Assembly (NCBI RefSeq): GCF_009914755.1
Contig: NC_060925.1
DNA: 64,000 nt
Reading direction: 5' to 3' (one strand)
Source: the human T2T-CHM13v2.0 reference genome, Homo sapiens
This document shows, piece after piece, positions 16,761 to 30,015 of this stretch. Made by a program: the position numbers and the translations under genes. Numbering within the stretch: position 1 is the stretch's first letter; each line of letters starts with the position of its first letter. A model generated the notes under the pieces. It saw only the letters and a list, made by a program, of their open reading frames with translations, had not been told where the DNA came from and did not search any database.

Positions 16761-17141
16761 ATTCACCACTTGGTCCATAGAGATACTCCCTGTTGAAGTC
16801 CCCTTGCCCTCCCAGGTGGCCCTCCCAAACAACACTTAAATGTCTTTTGGGCAGCTTCTTTTCCCACGTGGCCCACATCTGTTCTATGGGAATTTTTCAC
16901 ATATTCTATCCTTTGCCCTGATGGTGCCCAGTCTACTCCCACAGGCTTGAGCTTTCTCTGGCCTAAGCCAGGCACAGAAGCTTCCCTCTCCCTCAGCTGC
17001 AGGATCTCAAGCTCTCTGAAAGGTCTCTCACTAAGCATGAGGGCAGAAGAAGGCATCTTCCTCACTTGCCCTTCATGGGCAGAGGGTGGGGTTCACAGAT
17101 CTCCACTTCTCCTGATCCTTGTATTATTATATTCTCAGAAG

Positions 17142-17835
17142 TGTTAAGGGGGCTTGTCATCCAAAAGACCACCAGGATGGCTAAATAGTAGAAAGAAGAG
17201 CTTTATTAGCAATAGCAGTTTGCAAATCAGGAAGAGAGTCTCTGGCATCGACCCAGGGTATTCTCCCTTTGAAGTGGGAAGGTGCAGGTTGGATTTTATG
17301 CTCCACAGAGTTGTATTACACAATAGAGTCATACACATTCAGAAGTTTGAGAGAAAAGCTATCCATATTTACAAGAGGAGCCAAGTGCATATGCAGTGGG
17401 TACCATGTGTAACATACACACTATGTTCACTTTGGGGTGGAGTTTCAGCATTAAAATGAGGTGGAATTTGGCTCTTTAAATCAAAGGGCAAACTATAGGA
17501 CACAAAGACAGTTTGTGTGTAACCTCTATAACCTGGCTGAAATTGGCTTAAGGTTTGTAGTTGCTTATCAGAGAAAAATGTTTATAAAGCCAGCCTTCTG
17601 TTCAGTCATTGAGTCGTAGTTTTCTGGGTTGTAAATCAGAGTTAAGAGTGGTCGAATAGCTCCTATTGTTATGGAGTGTAGCAAGGGTGTGGTTTTTCTT
17701 GTAGCCTTAGGAATTTAGGAAGTTGTCATGCCAGCTGAGCCCTGAACCCTAGACCTGTAGGTAACTTTTGTTTCCTTAACCTTAGGGTTTGTCTTAGTTG
17801 ACAAAAGGGAATCTATTTTGGTCTCTCAGATCACA
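17142..17835 (-). mobile_element. ERV1 solo LTR (MER39-like)
   Basis: Reverse complement begins tgtgatctgagagaccaaaatag...aaggttaaggaaacaaaagttacct; polyA signal seen as tttatt near 17200. Confidence 0.7.
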
Positions 17836-18049
17836 GGCCTAAGAGGTAAAAAATCAGTTCTGAGTCATTTTTTATGTCAATTCTACATATGGTGGCAGTC
17901 TCATACTTACAGATTTCCACTGGAACTAAAACACTTTTCATGAAGATGTGACTTGGTATGGTGAAGTGAGCTCTGGACCAGTGGTGAAATGACCTGACTT
18001 CTTGTATTTCTACCATTTTTTAGTTTGTGACTTTATAAAGAAATTACTT

Positions 18050-18742
18050 TGTTGGGGTGTAGAAAACAGTTCCCCAAAATCTAGCTTGTTGACATGCTGA
18101 GTGCTTTGAAAATGAAAAGGCCTTAGAAATAGGCCTCAGAACCAAGGTTCTGACTTTCCTCTGTCTCTCTCATCCTCCTTATTTTCCCAAGAAGAAGAGG
18201 GGGAGAGATTCTGTCTGGAATTTCCTTATCTAAGAAAGTGTATTTCACAAAGAAGTGCAGTTGTTTTAAGAGCACGCTCCCTAGAAATCTCATCAAATAT
18301 CCAGGAAAAATCAACCTTCAGAGAAACAGAAGGGATTGGGAATCGTCACCAAGTCACTATGCCCAGACAGACTTTTCATCTGTTCTTCTGAGTGCAATTC
18401 CAAGAAATTAACTGGGGAAATTTATTTGCATAATAAGACAACCTTTGTTCTGTGCAGTTCTGTCCACCCCTTACCTTCCCATAACTTGTTCCATCCAGCT
18501 TTCAAAGACAATCATTTACAAAATAATATATACCTTACAGGTCCTTATGTCTCTCCTCTGTGAAGAGAGATTTGAAGCCTCAATCATCTGGACCCTCTTT
18601 GAGTCTCATACTTTGTATATTGCTTCTGTGTTTATGCAAATTAAATTTTGTATGCCTTTTTCTCCTACTAAACTGCCTTTTGTCAGCTTATTTTTAGCAA
18701 ACCTTCAGTGGGCACAGAGGAAGCCTTCCCTCTGCCACTACA
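18050..18742 (+). mobile_element. ERV1 solo LTR (MER34/MER39B-like)
   Basis: tgttgggg...ccccaaaat...gacatgctgag start, TG...CA ends, perfect 4-bp TSD ACTT. Confidence 0.8.
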
Positions 18743-18971
18743 ACTTAATCTCTTTGATGATCACTTTCCATAAAATGGTTTTGAAGATTGAATGAGATAG
18801 AGCAAATGAAGATGCTTTGAATGTATACATGTGCTAAACACACGGAAAATGCTCTGTTGTGAGTTCAAAGTACTTTCTCTGCTATTGAGGCTTCTAATCA
18901 GTATGATTCTGTGATGACAGAAACTCAAAAGCTTACCTTTTTTTTTCTTCTGATACTGAAAACTTCCATCT

Positions 18972-19400
18972 TGTCAAAAGACAAAATTACAACAAATTTA
19001 GCTTAAAGATCTTAACTGGCTTTTATTTGTGATTCTAGAATCAGGCAACTCCTCATTTTACAAAATAGAATGAGTGTTCCCAATGAATTGAGCAGAGGTT
19101 GGTTTAATAGACAGAAATGGACCAAGAAGGCAGAAACGGAAAACCAAAAAAGGCTGGGTTGTTTCAAGGTTACTTTTCTTGCAAAGGTTAAAGCAGAGGG
19201 GACTTCATTATCATGCCAGCTAGCACTGGCTTGTTTGGAAATTTGGCTATTATCTCTCTCCTGATACCATGGAAGGTTAGAGAAATAACTTAGTGTTGGC
19301 TTGGTGGTGTGGAACTTCAGCTTGAGTGACCCCATTTTGGCTTGGTATGTGTTGGGCTTAGTGCAGGAGCTCAGTCCAAACCGATGGCCTCCTATAACGG
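18972..19400 (-). mobile_element. ERV1 LTR (MER31-like)
   Basis: tgtcaaaagacaaaattacaacaaatttagcttaaagatcttaactggcttttattt motif. Confidence 0.65.
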
Positions 19401-19795
19401 TCTTAAGGAATTATTATAGTTGGAGCGAAAGTCCAGTCTTCTGTCCCATTTGCTTACTAAGCTATACTAAGGGAAAAAAAATGGGACTAAATTTAAATAT
19501 TGTTTTTAATTTTCTGTTGGAACAAATGAGTGATTGCTATATAAAGGTGCATTTCAAGTACCAAATGCAAAATTATGCTATTGTTGTGTTCTTCAAGTGT
19601 GAACTTTAGTGGTTACAGCTGAAACTCGTAGAGATGTCTCAGATTCTGCCTTCAATTGGCTTATTTAGCTTTGATGGAAAAACACTTTATTTCTTAGAAA
19701 AGCTATAATAACTGTTATCATTATTTTAATAATGACATTTACACGAGCTTTAGCATGTACATGCTTTCTGGGCACTTGTCTAAGTGTTTTCCAAA

Positions 19796-20472
19796 TGTGG
19801 GGAGAGAAAGGAGGTGATCCCTTTGCTCCTCATCATAAAGGTCATGGCTGACACTCCTATAAAAAAATGACAGGTTAACAAGAGAAAAGCATAATGATTT
19901 ATTAATGTGTATAAGCATGGGAACCATAAAAAATAGGAAAACTCAAAGAAGGGCCACATGGTTGATGCTAAAGTACCCTCTTCACTGGGTTAAGAGAAGT
20001 AGAGGTGTAGGAGTAATTGGTTTTTAGGGGGAATGAATGAGCACAAAGAACAATGATAAATCATAGTCAGGATGAAGTTCCTGTGAGCTCTGAGGGAGGC
20101 AGTGGGAACACGAGGGGCTGAACTTCACTGTGAACAAAAGTTGTCTTATTATGCAGATAGCATCTCCCAGGTAATCTCTGGAGCTGCCCTAACAATAGAT
20201 GAGAAGTCTGTCTGGACATGCTGATGACTCCTAGTCTCTTCATTGGGATTCCTAGAAACGGGGGGTCTTAAAATAATTGCATTTCTTTGATAAAGAAGCT
20301 TTCTTGGTCATATAAAGGAAATTCTAGAAAGGGTCTCTCCCAATGTGCTTCAGCAAAAAAAGATTAAAGAAACAGATAGGCAAGTGAAGGCCAGAGAGAG
20401 ACCTTGGGGCTGCTTCTTTAGTTCAGCATGTCAAAACACCGTATTTTGAGGTATTGCTCTCTGGGCCCTAAT
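19796..20472 (-). mobile_element. ERV1 solo LTR (MER34-like) inserted in a MIR
   Basis: Right end gttcagcatgtcaaaacaccgtattttgagg is the reverse complement of the 18050 LTR start motif; MIR sequence resumes at ~20480. Confidence 0.7.
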
Positions 20473-20479
20473 AAATATA

Positions 20480-20580
20480 TGGTCTTATCTAATCCTCACA
20501 ACAATCCTAGGAGGTAGGTGACACTATCCCCATTTTACATAGAGGAAACTGAGGCACAGAGAAGTTACAGTTTACCCAGA
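20480..20580 (-). mobile_element. MIR
   Basis: aatcctcacaacaatcctaggaggtagg...ccccattttacatagaggaaactgaggcacagaga. Confidence 0.85.
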
Positions 20581-20734
20581 ACAGTCAGGGTTGTTTGGAG
20601 TATTAACATGAAATAATGTGTGTGACTAAAAGCTTGGTGTGTAGTACAGCAGATTCTCAGTCATTTTTAATTTACTCTAAGGGTCAAGAGTTAGTAAATA
20701 TAGAAGTCCATGTGACTTTGGGGCTTTCATTGGG

Positions 20735-20810
20735 CAAAACCACAAGTTTTGGCGGAAACAGATAAAGATAAGCACTTATTCTTATTTGGCATAGATAGTT
20801 CCTTCCTTCT
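20735..20810 (+). promoter_or_regulatory. Haematopoietic/megakaryocyte-type motif cluster (RUNX, ETS, tandem GATA)
   Basis: AACCACA 20738-20744, GCGGAAA 20752-20758, AGATAA 20760-20765, AGATAAG 20766-20772, AGATAG 20793-20798 and TTCCTTCCT 20799-20807, all in non-repeat sequence. Confidence 0.6.
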
Positions 20811-20838
20811 GCATCCTACTGCTATTTTCATTTTATAG

Positions 20839-20932
20839 ATGGAATACTTTGAAGCACGAAAAATCATTATATCTTGAAATAATTTTTAAAATAATCCAAT
20901 AACAAACTCAGAACTACTGAAGAATAATAAAG
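20839..20932 (+). other. DNM3: Candidate alternative (non-coding/5') DNM3 exon in intron 2
   Basis: ttttcattttatAG|ATG at the 5' side and near-consensus donor AAG|GTAAGA at 20932/20933, directly downstream of the motif cluster. Confidence 0.55.
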
Positions 20933-23131
20933 GTAAGACAATACATATTAAACATTTTAAGGGTAACATTTTTGGGAAATTGACTTTTTTTAGCTTTATG
21001 GAATATTATTATCATTATTATCATGATCATTATTATTTCCATTCTACATAGGAAGAAATTGAAGCACAGAGAAGTTACAGGTTAGCCAGGAGAATACCTA
21101 TTTTCCAGAACTTTTGTGGGGTATTAACAGTACTTAATATGTGTTAATTTACATACTAACTTAGGTAACAAGCGTGTGTTAAGAATATGTATATAAAATG
21201 TGTTTTTGGATTCAAATTTTATTTTAAATGTGATAGATAGAAATATTTTTGCTAAGATATATAATTATCCTCCAAATTATTTTTAGGATGAGTATGAATT
21301 TTCATATGCAATGCAGTTCCATCTTATGTAAGCGCTGTATTCTAAAATTAGCTTTTAAATCAAATATAGGGTATAGTAAGAATCATTACTATATCATTAG
21401 GACCACTATATCATTAGTGGTATCATTAGGACCACTGAGCTCAATATTGTATATATGATGTTGTGTATACAACTAACATTCCTTCTAACTTTTTACTGGT
21501 CACTGTTTTTCAATGGGTCTCAATTGGATTTTTTTAAAATTTCTTCTTTCAGGATGTTAACAAAGAAGAATCAAGTAGCTATTATCAGAATTCAGTTTTG
21601 TTTTCTGTGGAAATCTCTTTCCCTAACAGGTTATAACAATCCAGTGGTGTGCTTGTCAAATTTCAGCATTACCTTTATGTTGAACATTTAAAAAAATAAT
21701 AACAGTAGCCTACATTTTAAATATACTTAGTATGAAATGGGCATTGTATTAAATTCTTTCTGTGCATTATCTTATTTAACATTTAACCACAAAGAGGAAT
21801 GCATTCTATCTCTTACACTTCTTCATAAATGCTTTATGCTTTCACTTGTTAATTTCACACATTTTTATTTTTAAAAATTTGGTATGTGTTCTTATTTGCC
21901 CAGCCGTATATCTCCTATTTCCTTTTGTTTTTTCTCTTTGGTGCTTTTGTTAATCACTTGTTTATAGTTTTAAATATTCTCTTTTCTCCTCTTGGTTTTT
22001 TCCCAATTATATGAAGTCTCCTAAGTCTAATTCAGATTCTACCCTTTCTATAAATCCTTTACAGATCACTCTACCCTAAAAAGACCTCTCCCTTTGTGAA
22101 ATCTACATAGCATTCATTTGACAATTATTCATTAAGCTGCTTATCTTGAAATTTTATTTAAATCTTTTGCTTAATTTTCACAAGTTTGTCTTCTTTTCCA
22201 ACTTTGGTAAGTTCTTCAATTATGAAATATAGCTTAACACTTTGTTTCCCTATAGTAGTAGTTCTTTAATTCTTTAATGAGTAGCAGATTTTCATATGGC
22301 CAGAAAACGCCACTCCCAATTGAAAGGATATATTACAGAATGGAAAATAATCTGAACTTTGTAACCTAAGAAGCAAAATAGTCTGAATTCTGCAACCTAA
22401 GAAGCACAATGTGTAATTGAAGGCTTGCTAAAAAAACAAAAACAAAAACAAAAAACCCAGAAAACCTTATCACAAAAGCCAACACAGGTTTTGGGAAATT
22501 GAAAATATAATATTTTCATGGTATTAAGCTTCATACGAAAATGAAGTCCAGACAGCAACAACATACTCTTGAGAGTCTTATCCTGAGTTAGTCTCTATAA
22601 CTGATTAGACCAGAAGGGGAGGAGATGGCTCATAAAAAGATCTGCTTCTAAAAGGAAAGTCTGAGAGATTTTGCTCTAGAGTGTTGGTTCATACTGAACG
22701 AGGAAAAGAACACTGGAAGTTCTAAAATGCTGAAAGAGGTATTCAAGACCTCATAGTCTTTGAAAAACAGCAAATAGTAGTTCAGTTTTGACTTGGAATC
22801 ATTCATTCATTTATTCTTGTAATCATTTCTGTATCCTTAAGGAATGTTAAATCAAAGATGTAGAAGACATAGTCCTACTCTCTAAGCACTTTCTTTGTAG
22901 CACTGGAGATAAAACACAAACAACTAGTTACTACGCTGTGGAAGGCGTAATACATGTTATATGAATATTCTTGAACGTGTTACTTAGCCTTCTGGGATTT
23001 AGTTTCTTTATCTGTAAAGAGCAAGCACTGGCTTTGGTAGAAAATCTTTAAGGCTGTTTCTACATGCAAAATCACGTAAGTAGTACATTCACAAGATCTT
23101 GAAAAGCTTTAGAGGAGAAACACATTCCTTA

Positions 23132-23626
<495 letters not shown>

Positions 23627-24405
23627 CCCCAGATTCCTGTGGGGAAGAGGGTGGAGCAGAGTTCTCTCTCAATACCCTGAAGTTATTTGCACAATTCTGT
23701 GTATATGTAAGTTAGTACATTTTTATGGGGAAAGTTTCCGTGGCTTTTCTCAGATGCTTAAAGTAGTCATAACCCCAGAAACAAGAACCGCAGTATAAAG
23801 AGTAGGAGATATGATTCCTATATTTTGGGAAATGCCCATATGTAGGGGGCGGGGGAGGAGGGATAGTGGTGCTGGTGGAAAGAATGAACAGTTGATAACA
23901 AAGAAGATGTTAAAAGCTAAGAATTGGAATCAAAGCCTCTTGGAGGGGAGAGCTTGAAGTAGTGACACACAGTTAATGTGGGGTGGCTAACAGATTGTAA
24001 CTGGGAGTCAGAATGTCTGGATTTAAATCTTTGACTGGCATCTCCTACCTGTGTAACCTCAGGCAATTTGTTTAACCTGTTTGAGGCTAAGGCTTTTGCT
24101 ATTTAGATTAATTGTTACATATTTACTCAATTCTTTTTTTTTAATTAAGGGTTTACTATGTGTTAAATGCCTTCATTCATATATTCTTTGATACAGTATG
24201 AATTTGTTGAGACCCTATACCTAGTTACTGGGAGAATTTTGGTGAATGAAGCAGAAGAATTCATTCTCTTGCCCTCACTGAAACCTATGAAAGAGACACT
24301 ATTTTGCAGTGGAGGGAACTGAGGCTTGGGGAAGTTAAGTAATTTCTCAGTCTTGTGATAAAGAAATTGCAGAACCTTCAAACATGGGTCTGACTCCAAA
24401 ATCTT

Positions 24406-24696
24406 TTTTTTTTTTTTTTTGATACAAGATCTCCCTCTGTCACCCAGGCTGGGGCATAATCTTGGCTTACTGCAGCCTCAACCTCCAGGGCTCAAGTGAT
24501 GCTCCCACCTCAGCCTTCCAAATAGTTGGGTCTACAGGCATGTGCCATTATGCCTGGCTAATTTTTTGGATTTTTGGTAGAGACGGGATTTCACCATGTT
24601 GCCCAGGCTAGTCTTGAACTCCTGAGCTCACGTGATCCTCCCGCCTTGGCCTCCTAACGTGCTAAGATTATAGGCATGAGCCACCACTCGTCGCCC
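24406..24696 (-). mobile_element. Alu (AluJ)
   Basis: Poly-T head and Alu body with small deletion; TSD ccaaaatctt/ccaaagtctt. Confidence 0.9.
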
Positions 24697-25599
24697 AAAG
24701 TCTTAATCACTAGTGTTTTTGTTTTTTTTTTAATCACTAGTGTTTTTTACTTCAGAATACTGTAGGCATGGCTGACTCTTGTGAGGTTAACAAGAAGAAA
24801 CTTACTTTATTTCAGGAGTAATTTACATATAAACTCAAAGGTTGAGAGAGGGATGCTGCAGATATTTTGGATAGACTTCTAAATTTATGAAACTACTAAG
24901 TATTATTAAATAATGCAGTATTTCAAATCAGTTTTTCATATGATGACACAATCAGATCACTGAGTAGTCACTACACTGTTATTGAAATTGCAGTTTTCAT
25001 TGTGATCTATATTATTCATATTAAGGACCCTCTAAAATGAGTGCACTTGCTTTTCAAGTAAGATAGTTTTTTTCTCATATATTTTTCATGACTGTCTATT
25101 TTTCCACTCCCATAATTTTATCTATTTTGCAAAAGAAATTGATTACTTTTCATATTTAAGTCCCTTTTGAGGGGCTCTCTCTTTTGAGGGTGGTTGTCCT
25201 TGTGAGAGAGTTTTCCATTAAGTTCCCATTGAGAAAATTAGTGACTATCATAGCTAAGTATTAATTTACATACAAATTGAGTTAAAGAAAACCATAATAC
25301 AAAGTTTTGGATCCGAACTTTAGTTTGTTTTCTTTATAGGTGCATTTCTGTTAGCATCATTTAAACTGACTGCATAATGCATTAGGTTTTACTGAGTGCT
25401 GGCTATTCTTGTAAGAATCCTCTGGGATTAAAAACAAAAATTATCTAAGGGAAACTTCTAAATATTTTAAGTTTATCCCAATTTAGATAATTTATACACT
25501 AGTTGACCTGTTCCATTAATTGAGTTTTCTTCATACTAGGGACAACCTTTGGTTCTTCTTTTTTCTCCTCCTCCTTCTCCCCCTCTTCTTCTTCTACTG

Positions 25600-25887
25600 T
25601 TTTTTTTTTTGAGTTGGGGTCTTGGTCTGTCACCCAGGCTGGAGTTAAAGGCTCACTGCACCCTTGAACTCCTGGACTCAAGCAATCCTCCTGTCTCAGT
25701 TTACCGAATAGCTAAAGACTGCACGTGCATGCCACCATGCCTAGCTAATGAAAAAAAGATTTTTTTTTTTTAAGAGGGAGTCTTGCTATATTGCCCATGC
25801 TGGTCTTGACCTCCTGGCCTCAAGTGATCCTCGTGTCTTGGCCTCCCAAAGCAGTAGGATTATAGGCATGAGCTACTGCACCTGGCC
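25600..25887 (-). mobile_element. Alu (AluJ) with CT-rich decayed tail at 25553-25610
   Basis: ctgtcacccaggctggag...cctcccaaagcagtaggattataggcatgag...cctggcc. Confidence 0.88.
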
Positions 25888-26429
25888 ATTGTTTTGCTTT
25901 TTAAAAAACTTTCAAGAAATGATTGGGTTGACTCTATTGCCTGAGTCATAGAATTATTTCTACCATTTCTAAGCAAAAGCGTCTTATCAGATGAATTGGC
26001 TCGGCATTTTAGTTTTATATAACCAATTGTCATATGTCCAAGAATTTCCATGATATTTACAAGACAAAATCTTTATTTTTATTTGTTTAGACCTTTTAAT
26101 GTAAGAATATGTACTCTTATTACCAAGTTATACTGTACTGACTAGGTCGATGTTGCTTGGGACATCATTGATAATAAATATTTTTGTAGGACCCCAAACA
26201 ATACTTAAGTGACTTCTCTATTAGTAAAGCGTTTAGAATAGATATCACTCCAAGTTATAAGAATCTGTGATTTTGTTAAAGTTTAATACGTTTATCAGAG
26301 CAAGCATCATGGGAACATACTTGTGCTTTTAGCAAAACATGTTGTGGTTATATATGTGCAAGCTTGAGCCAGAAGAGGAAAATTTTTCTGAATGATGTTA
26401 CAATGTTGCAGATAAAGATTCAAAAGATA

Positions 26430-26960
26430 GATTGTTTTGTAGAAACTGACAAGCTGATTCTAAAATTTATATGAAAATAAAAGAACCCAGAATAGCCAAA
26501 ACAACTTTGAAAAATAACATTGAGGTTGGAGAATTAACATTATCTGATCTCGAGACTTATTATACAGGTTCCACGGTTTGTGCCTGTAATCCTAGCCAGC
26601 AGAGAGACTGCTTGAGCCCAGGAGTTCAGGCTGTACAGTGCTATAATTGTGCCTGTGAATAACCATTGCACTTCAGCCTGGGCAACTTAGCAAGACCCTA
26701 TCTCTTAAAATGAGGGCTTATAAAGTTACAATAATCAATAATATGGCATTGGCATAAAGAGACAAATAGATCAATGGAACAGGATGGATTCAAAAAATGG
26801 ATCTACACATATGTAGACAATGGATTTTAGACAAAGGTACAAAGGCAATTCAGTGGAGAAATGGTAGTCTTTCCAACAAAGGTTACTGGAAAAAAATAGA
26901 TATTTACATGCAAAAAATAAACTTTGATTAATACCTTCCACCATACACAAAAATTAAGTT
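26430..26960 (+). mobile_element. Old L1 ORF2 fragment containing a FAM (fossil Alu monomer) at ~26565-26710
   Basis: gacaagctgattctaaaatttatatg...gatcaatggaacag; FAM signature gtgcctgtgaataaccattgcacttcagcctgggcaac. Confidence 0.75.
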
Positions 26961-27005
26961 GGCTGTTTCCAGCTGCTAACAACTTTCAGGAATTTGTCAT
27001 GATGA

Positions 27006-27360
27006 CTGTTCTCATACTGCTAGTAAAGACATACTGGAGATTGGGTAATTTATAAAAGAAAGAGGCTTAACTGACTTATAGTTCCACATGGCTGAAGAGG
27101 CCTCACACTCATGGTGGAAGGTGAATGAGGAGAAAAGTCACATCTTATATGGCGGCAGGCAAGAGAACATGTGCAGGGGAACTCCCTTTTATAAAACCAT
27201 CAGCTCTTGTGAGACTTATTCACTATCATGAGAACAGAATAGGAAAGACCCACCTCCATGATTCAATTACCTCCCACTGGGTCCCTCCCATGACATGTGG
27301 GAATTATGGGAGCTACAATTCAAGATGAGATTTGGGTGGGGACACAGCCAAACCATATCA
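27006..27360 (-). mobile_element. THE1 solo LTR
   Basis: Same sequence family as 6424/8665, ends gggacacagccaaaccatatca; first ~9 nt missing. Confidence 0.9.
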
Positions 27361-28349
27361 TTGACATTTAAGGAGCTTACCAAAAACACACTAAAGATCT
27401 CCTTCAAATATTTAGATGAAATAATGTTGGCGGCAACTTGTGTATAAAATTACATACTCATAGAAAAAGTTTTTTGTGGTTTTTTGAGATATTATAATGT
27501 ATCCAGCAATGCATATTGTAGCTCTGATATTTTCTTTAAAAATTTTTTAGTTACGTATTTATATACTTAGAGTTCTGATACAACTACTACTTAAATCTCA
27601 TTTATAAATTTTGTTCCTTGTGGCCAAGATTCTGTGGGGAAACAGTATTTTCATTTTGTAAATCTTAGACTTCCTATTGTATTTTTTTGTATTGAAATCT
27701 GATTATTTGAATTTTCATGACAAAGTCTCATCATTTTGCTTTTAATTACTCTATAGATTTTTATTTGGCAGATCATCTTATTTTTCATTATTAAAACAAG
27801 GACTGACATTTGCTGTCTCAGAATTAGTACATTCAATTATTCTTAAAAAACATTGGAATAACTCCTTATTCAGAAACTCTTTTTGATATTTTCAGTTTCT
27901 AAACTTAGCTGATTATCAAGAGGAAGCAAAAAAGAGCCTTGAGTACCCAACTGATATCACAAAGTCTTTGATGTAAATCTCATGCATTACAGGGTCCCAG
28001 CCTTATTCTGGCCTTTCCAGCCTTATTTTAAACTCAGACCATGCATACTGGGTTATTGGATTTCTCAGTCTAGAGTAAAATATAAAACCACAAGTGAGAA
28101 TGGGAATATGGCTTAAAAACAGATGTGTTGCGAACAGCAAGAAGTGACAACTGTAAACTTGATAGCAAGGGAAGAGACACAAGGGGAGAAAAAAAGCATA
28201 AAATAGCACATAAAACACTTTTTAAGTAAACAAAGTAATCTATAGCCCCAAATCATTGAAATAATAAAAAGTGTTTAAATTTTCTATCCAATTGGAATTA
28301 GATAGAAATTGAGCATCTACTATACGGTTTCCTACATCCTTATAATTAA

Positions 28350-29940
28350 CTTACCTTGCCCTTTCAACAGCTTTTGACATCAATTCTTTCTTGAAATTTA
28401 CTCTATGTCTTTGGCTTATATGAAAAATATTCCTGGTTTTCCTTCTATCTCTTTGTTTACTCTTTCAGGCTCCCTTGCCAATGCATTATCTTCTATCTGG
28501 CCTTTAAGGTTGCATCTGCCCAAGGCTCCTTTTTGGTTGTCATTTCATATTCTTCTTTTGACAATCTCTTCCACACGGTGGCTTCAATTACAACCTGAAC
28601 ATTACAACGCTCACATGTATAGTTCCTGGGCTAAACTCCAGACTCATTTTTAACTGACTGTTTGAAACTCTACTTGGATATTTCAAATGTATTTCAAGCT
28701 CAGCATGTCAAAAGCCATATTTATAATCATTTTTTTTCCCTTATCCACAAACCTCAAGCCTCCTCCAAGGTTTATTTGTTGATTCCTTCAGTCATCTACT
28801 CATTCATTTATTTATTCATCAATTCTACAAATATGCAACTGGTTTAGTTACTGGAAATACAGCAGGGGTAAGACAGATAATGCTCCTGTTCTCATGGTGC
28901 TTATATGCCAGTGGATGAAGACAGACAATAAAAAACAAATACGAAAAACTTCAGACAGTGACCATGTGCACCGAAGAAAAAAACTGGGCAATGTAATAGG
29001 ATGTGATTAAGAGATGCTACTTACTTTGTCCAGTCAGGGAAACCTCTCTAAAGAGATGATATTTTGGATGAGGAAATGACAGGAAGGAGCCACACATGCA
29101 GAGATCAGAGGGACAAACATTCCAGAAGAGGTGCAGCTTATAGAGAGGCCCTGAGGTAGGAAGGGACTTGGTGCTCTTGAGCTGCAGAAGGGAGGCCATT
29201 GCAAGCAGAGCGACTGAGTAGGTAGGATGGAGGTAGTGATAGAGATGGCACTGGAGGCAGATGGGTGGCAGACTGTATCGGACTTTGTAGAGTAGGCCAG
29301 GGTGAGGAATCTGGATTTTTCTAAATGTACTGGAAAACCAATAAAAGGCTTTAAACAGGGGAGAAGCATGATGTGATGTATGTTTTAAGGAGATCTTTCC
29401 AGCTACTGGGTGGAGAATGGATTCAATGGAGCAAGAGTGGAGTCAGAAAGACCAGTTAGGCTACTTTTATGGTAGTACAGGTTAGAGGTGGAGCAGGCTT
29501 AGAAGTAGCATGGCCATAGTGGAGGCAGTGAGACGGTGTTTGGAAGAGAGCTGAGGAAAGGAAGCTTTGAACAGGTATATTTTGAGATATCTATTAGACA
29601 TCTGAGTGGAAATGTCAGTTAAGCATTAGAATTAGATATAGACAAATCTGGAATTCAAGGGAGAGGTGAATGTCTGAGATGTGAATTTAGAGGATATATA
29701 TATAAAATTTTAAGGCAATGAGATTAGATGAGATCACTTAGAGAGAGAGGATAGAGATGAAAAAGAGGGTAAGAAGGTCTAGAAACAAGTCTGGTGTACT
29801 CCAATATTTAGAAGTGTAGAAGAGAAGGGAAGGAACAGTCAGCAAAGAACCATGGAGAAAGAGCAATCAGTGAAGATGGAGAACAATCAGAAGAGTGTTT
29901 CAGGGAAGAGGAGGACAATCGTGTCAGATGCTGCCAAGAC
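28350..29940. mobile_element. L2 fragments (28350-28790 +, 28790-29940 -)
   Basis: ctctacttggatatttc...cagcatgtc; cattcatttatttattc (L2 3' end reversed) followed by typical L2a purine-rich body. Confidence 0.75.
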
Positions 29941-30015
29941 ATAGAATAATTATAATAATTATATAGTTTGCAACTTTTGGCCAAGTGCTCAGAATGCTTC
30001 TTTCCTGTTTTCTGT

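Noticed and set aside
20540-21090. Repeated gcacagagaagttacag at ~20554 and ~21064
   Set aside because: Both are MIR core-derived; shared ancestry explains the match.
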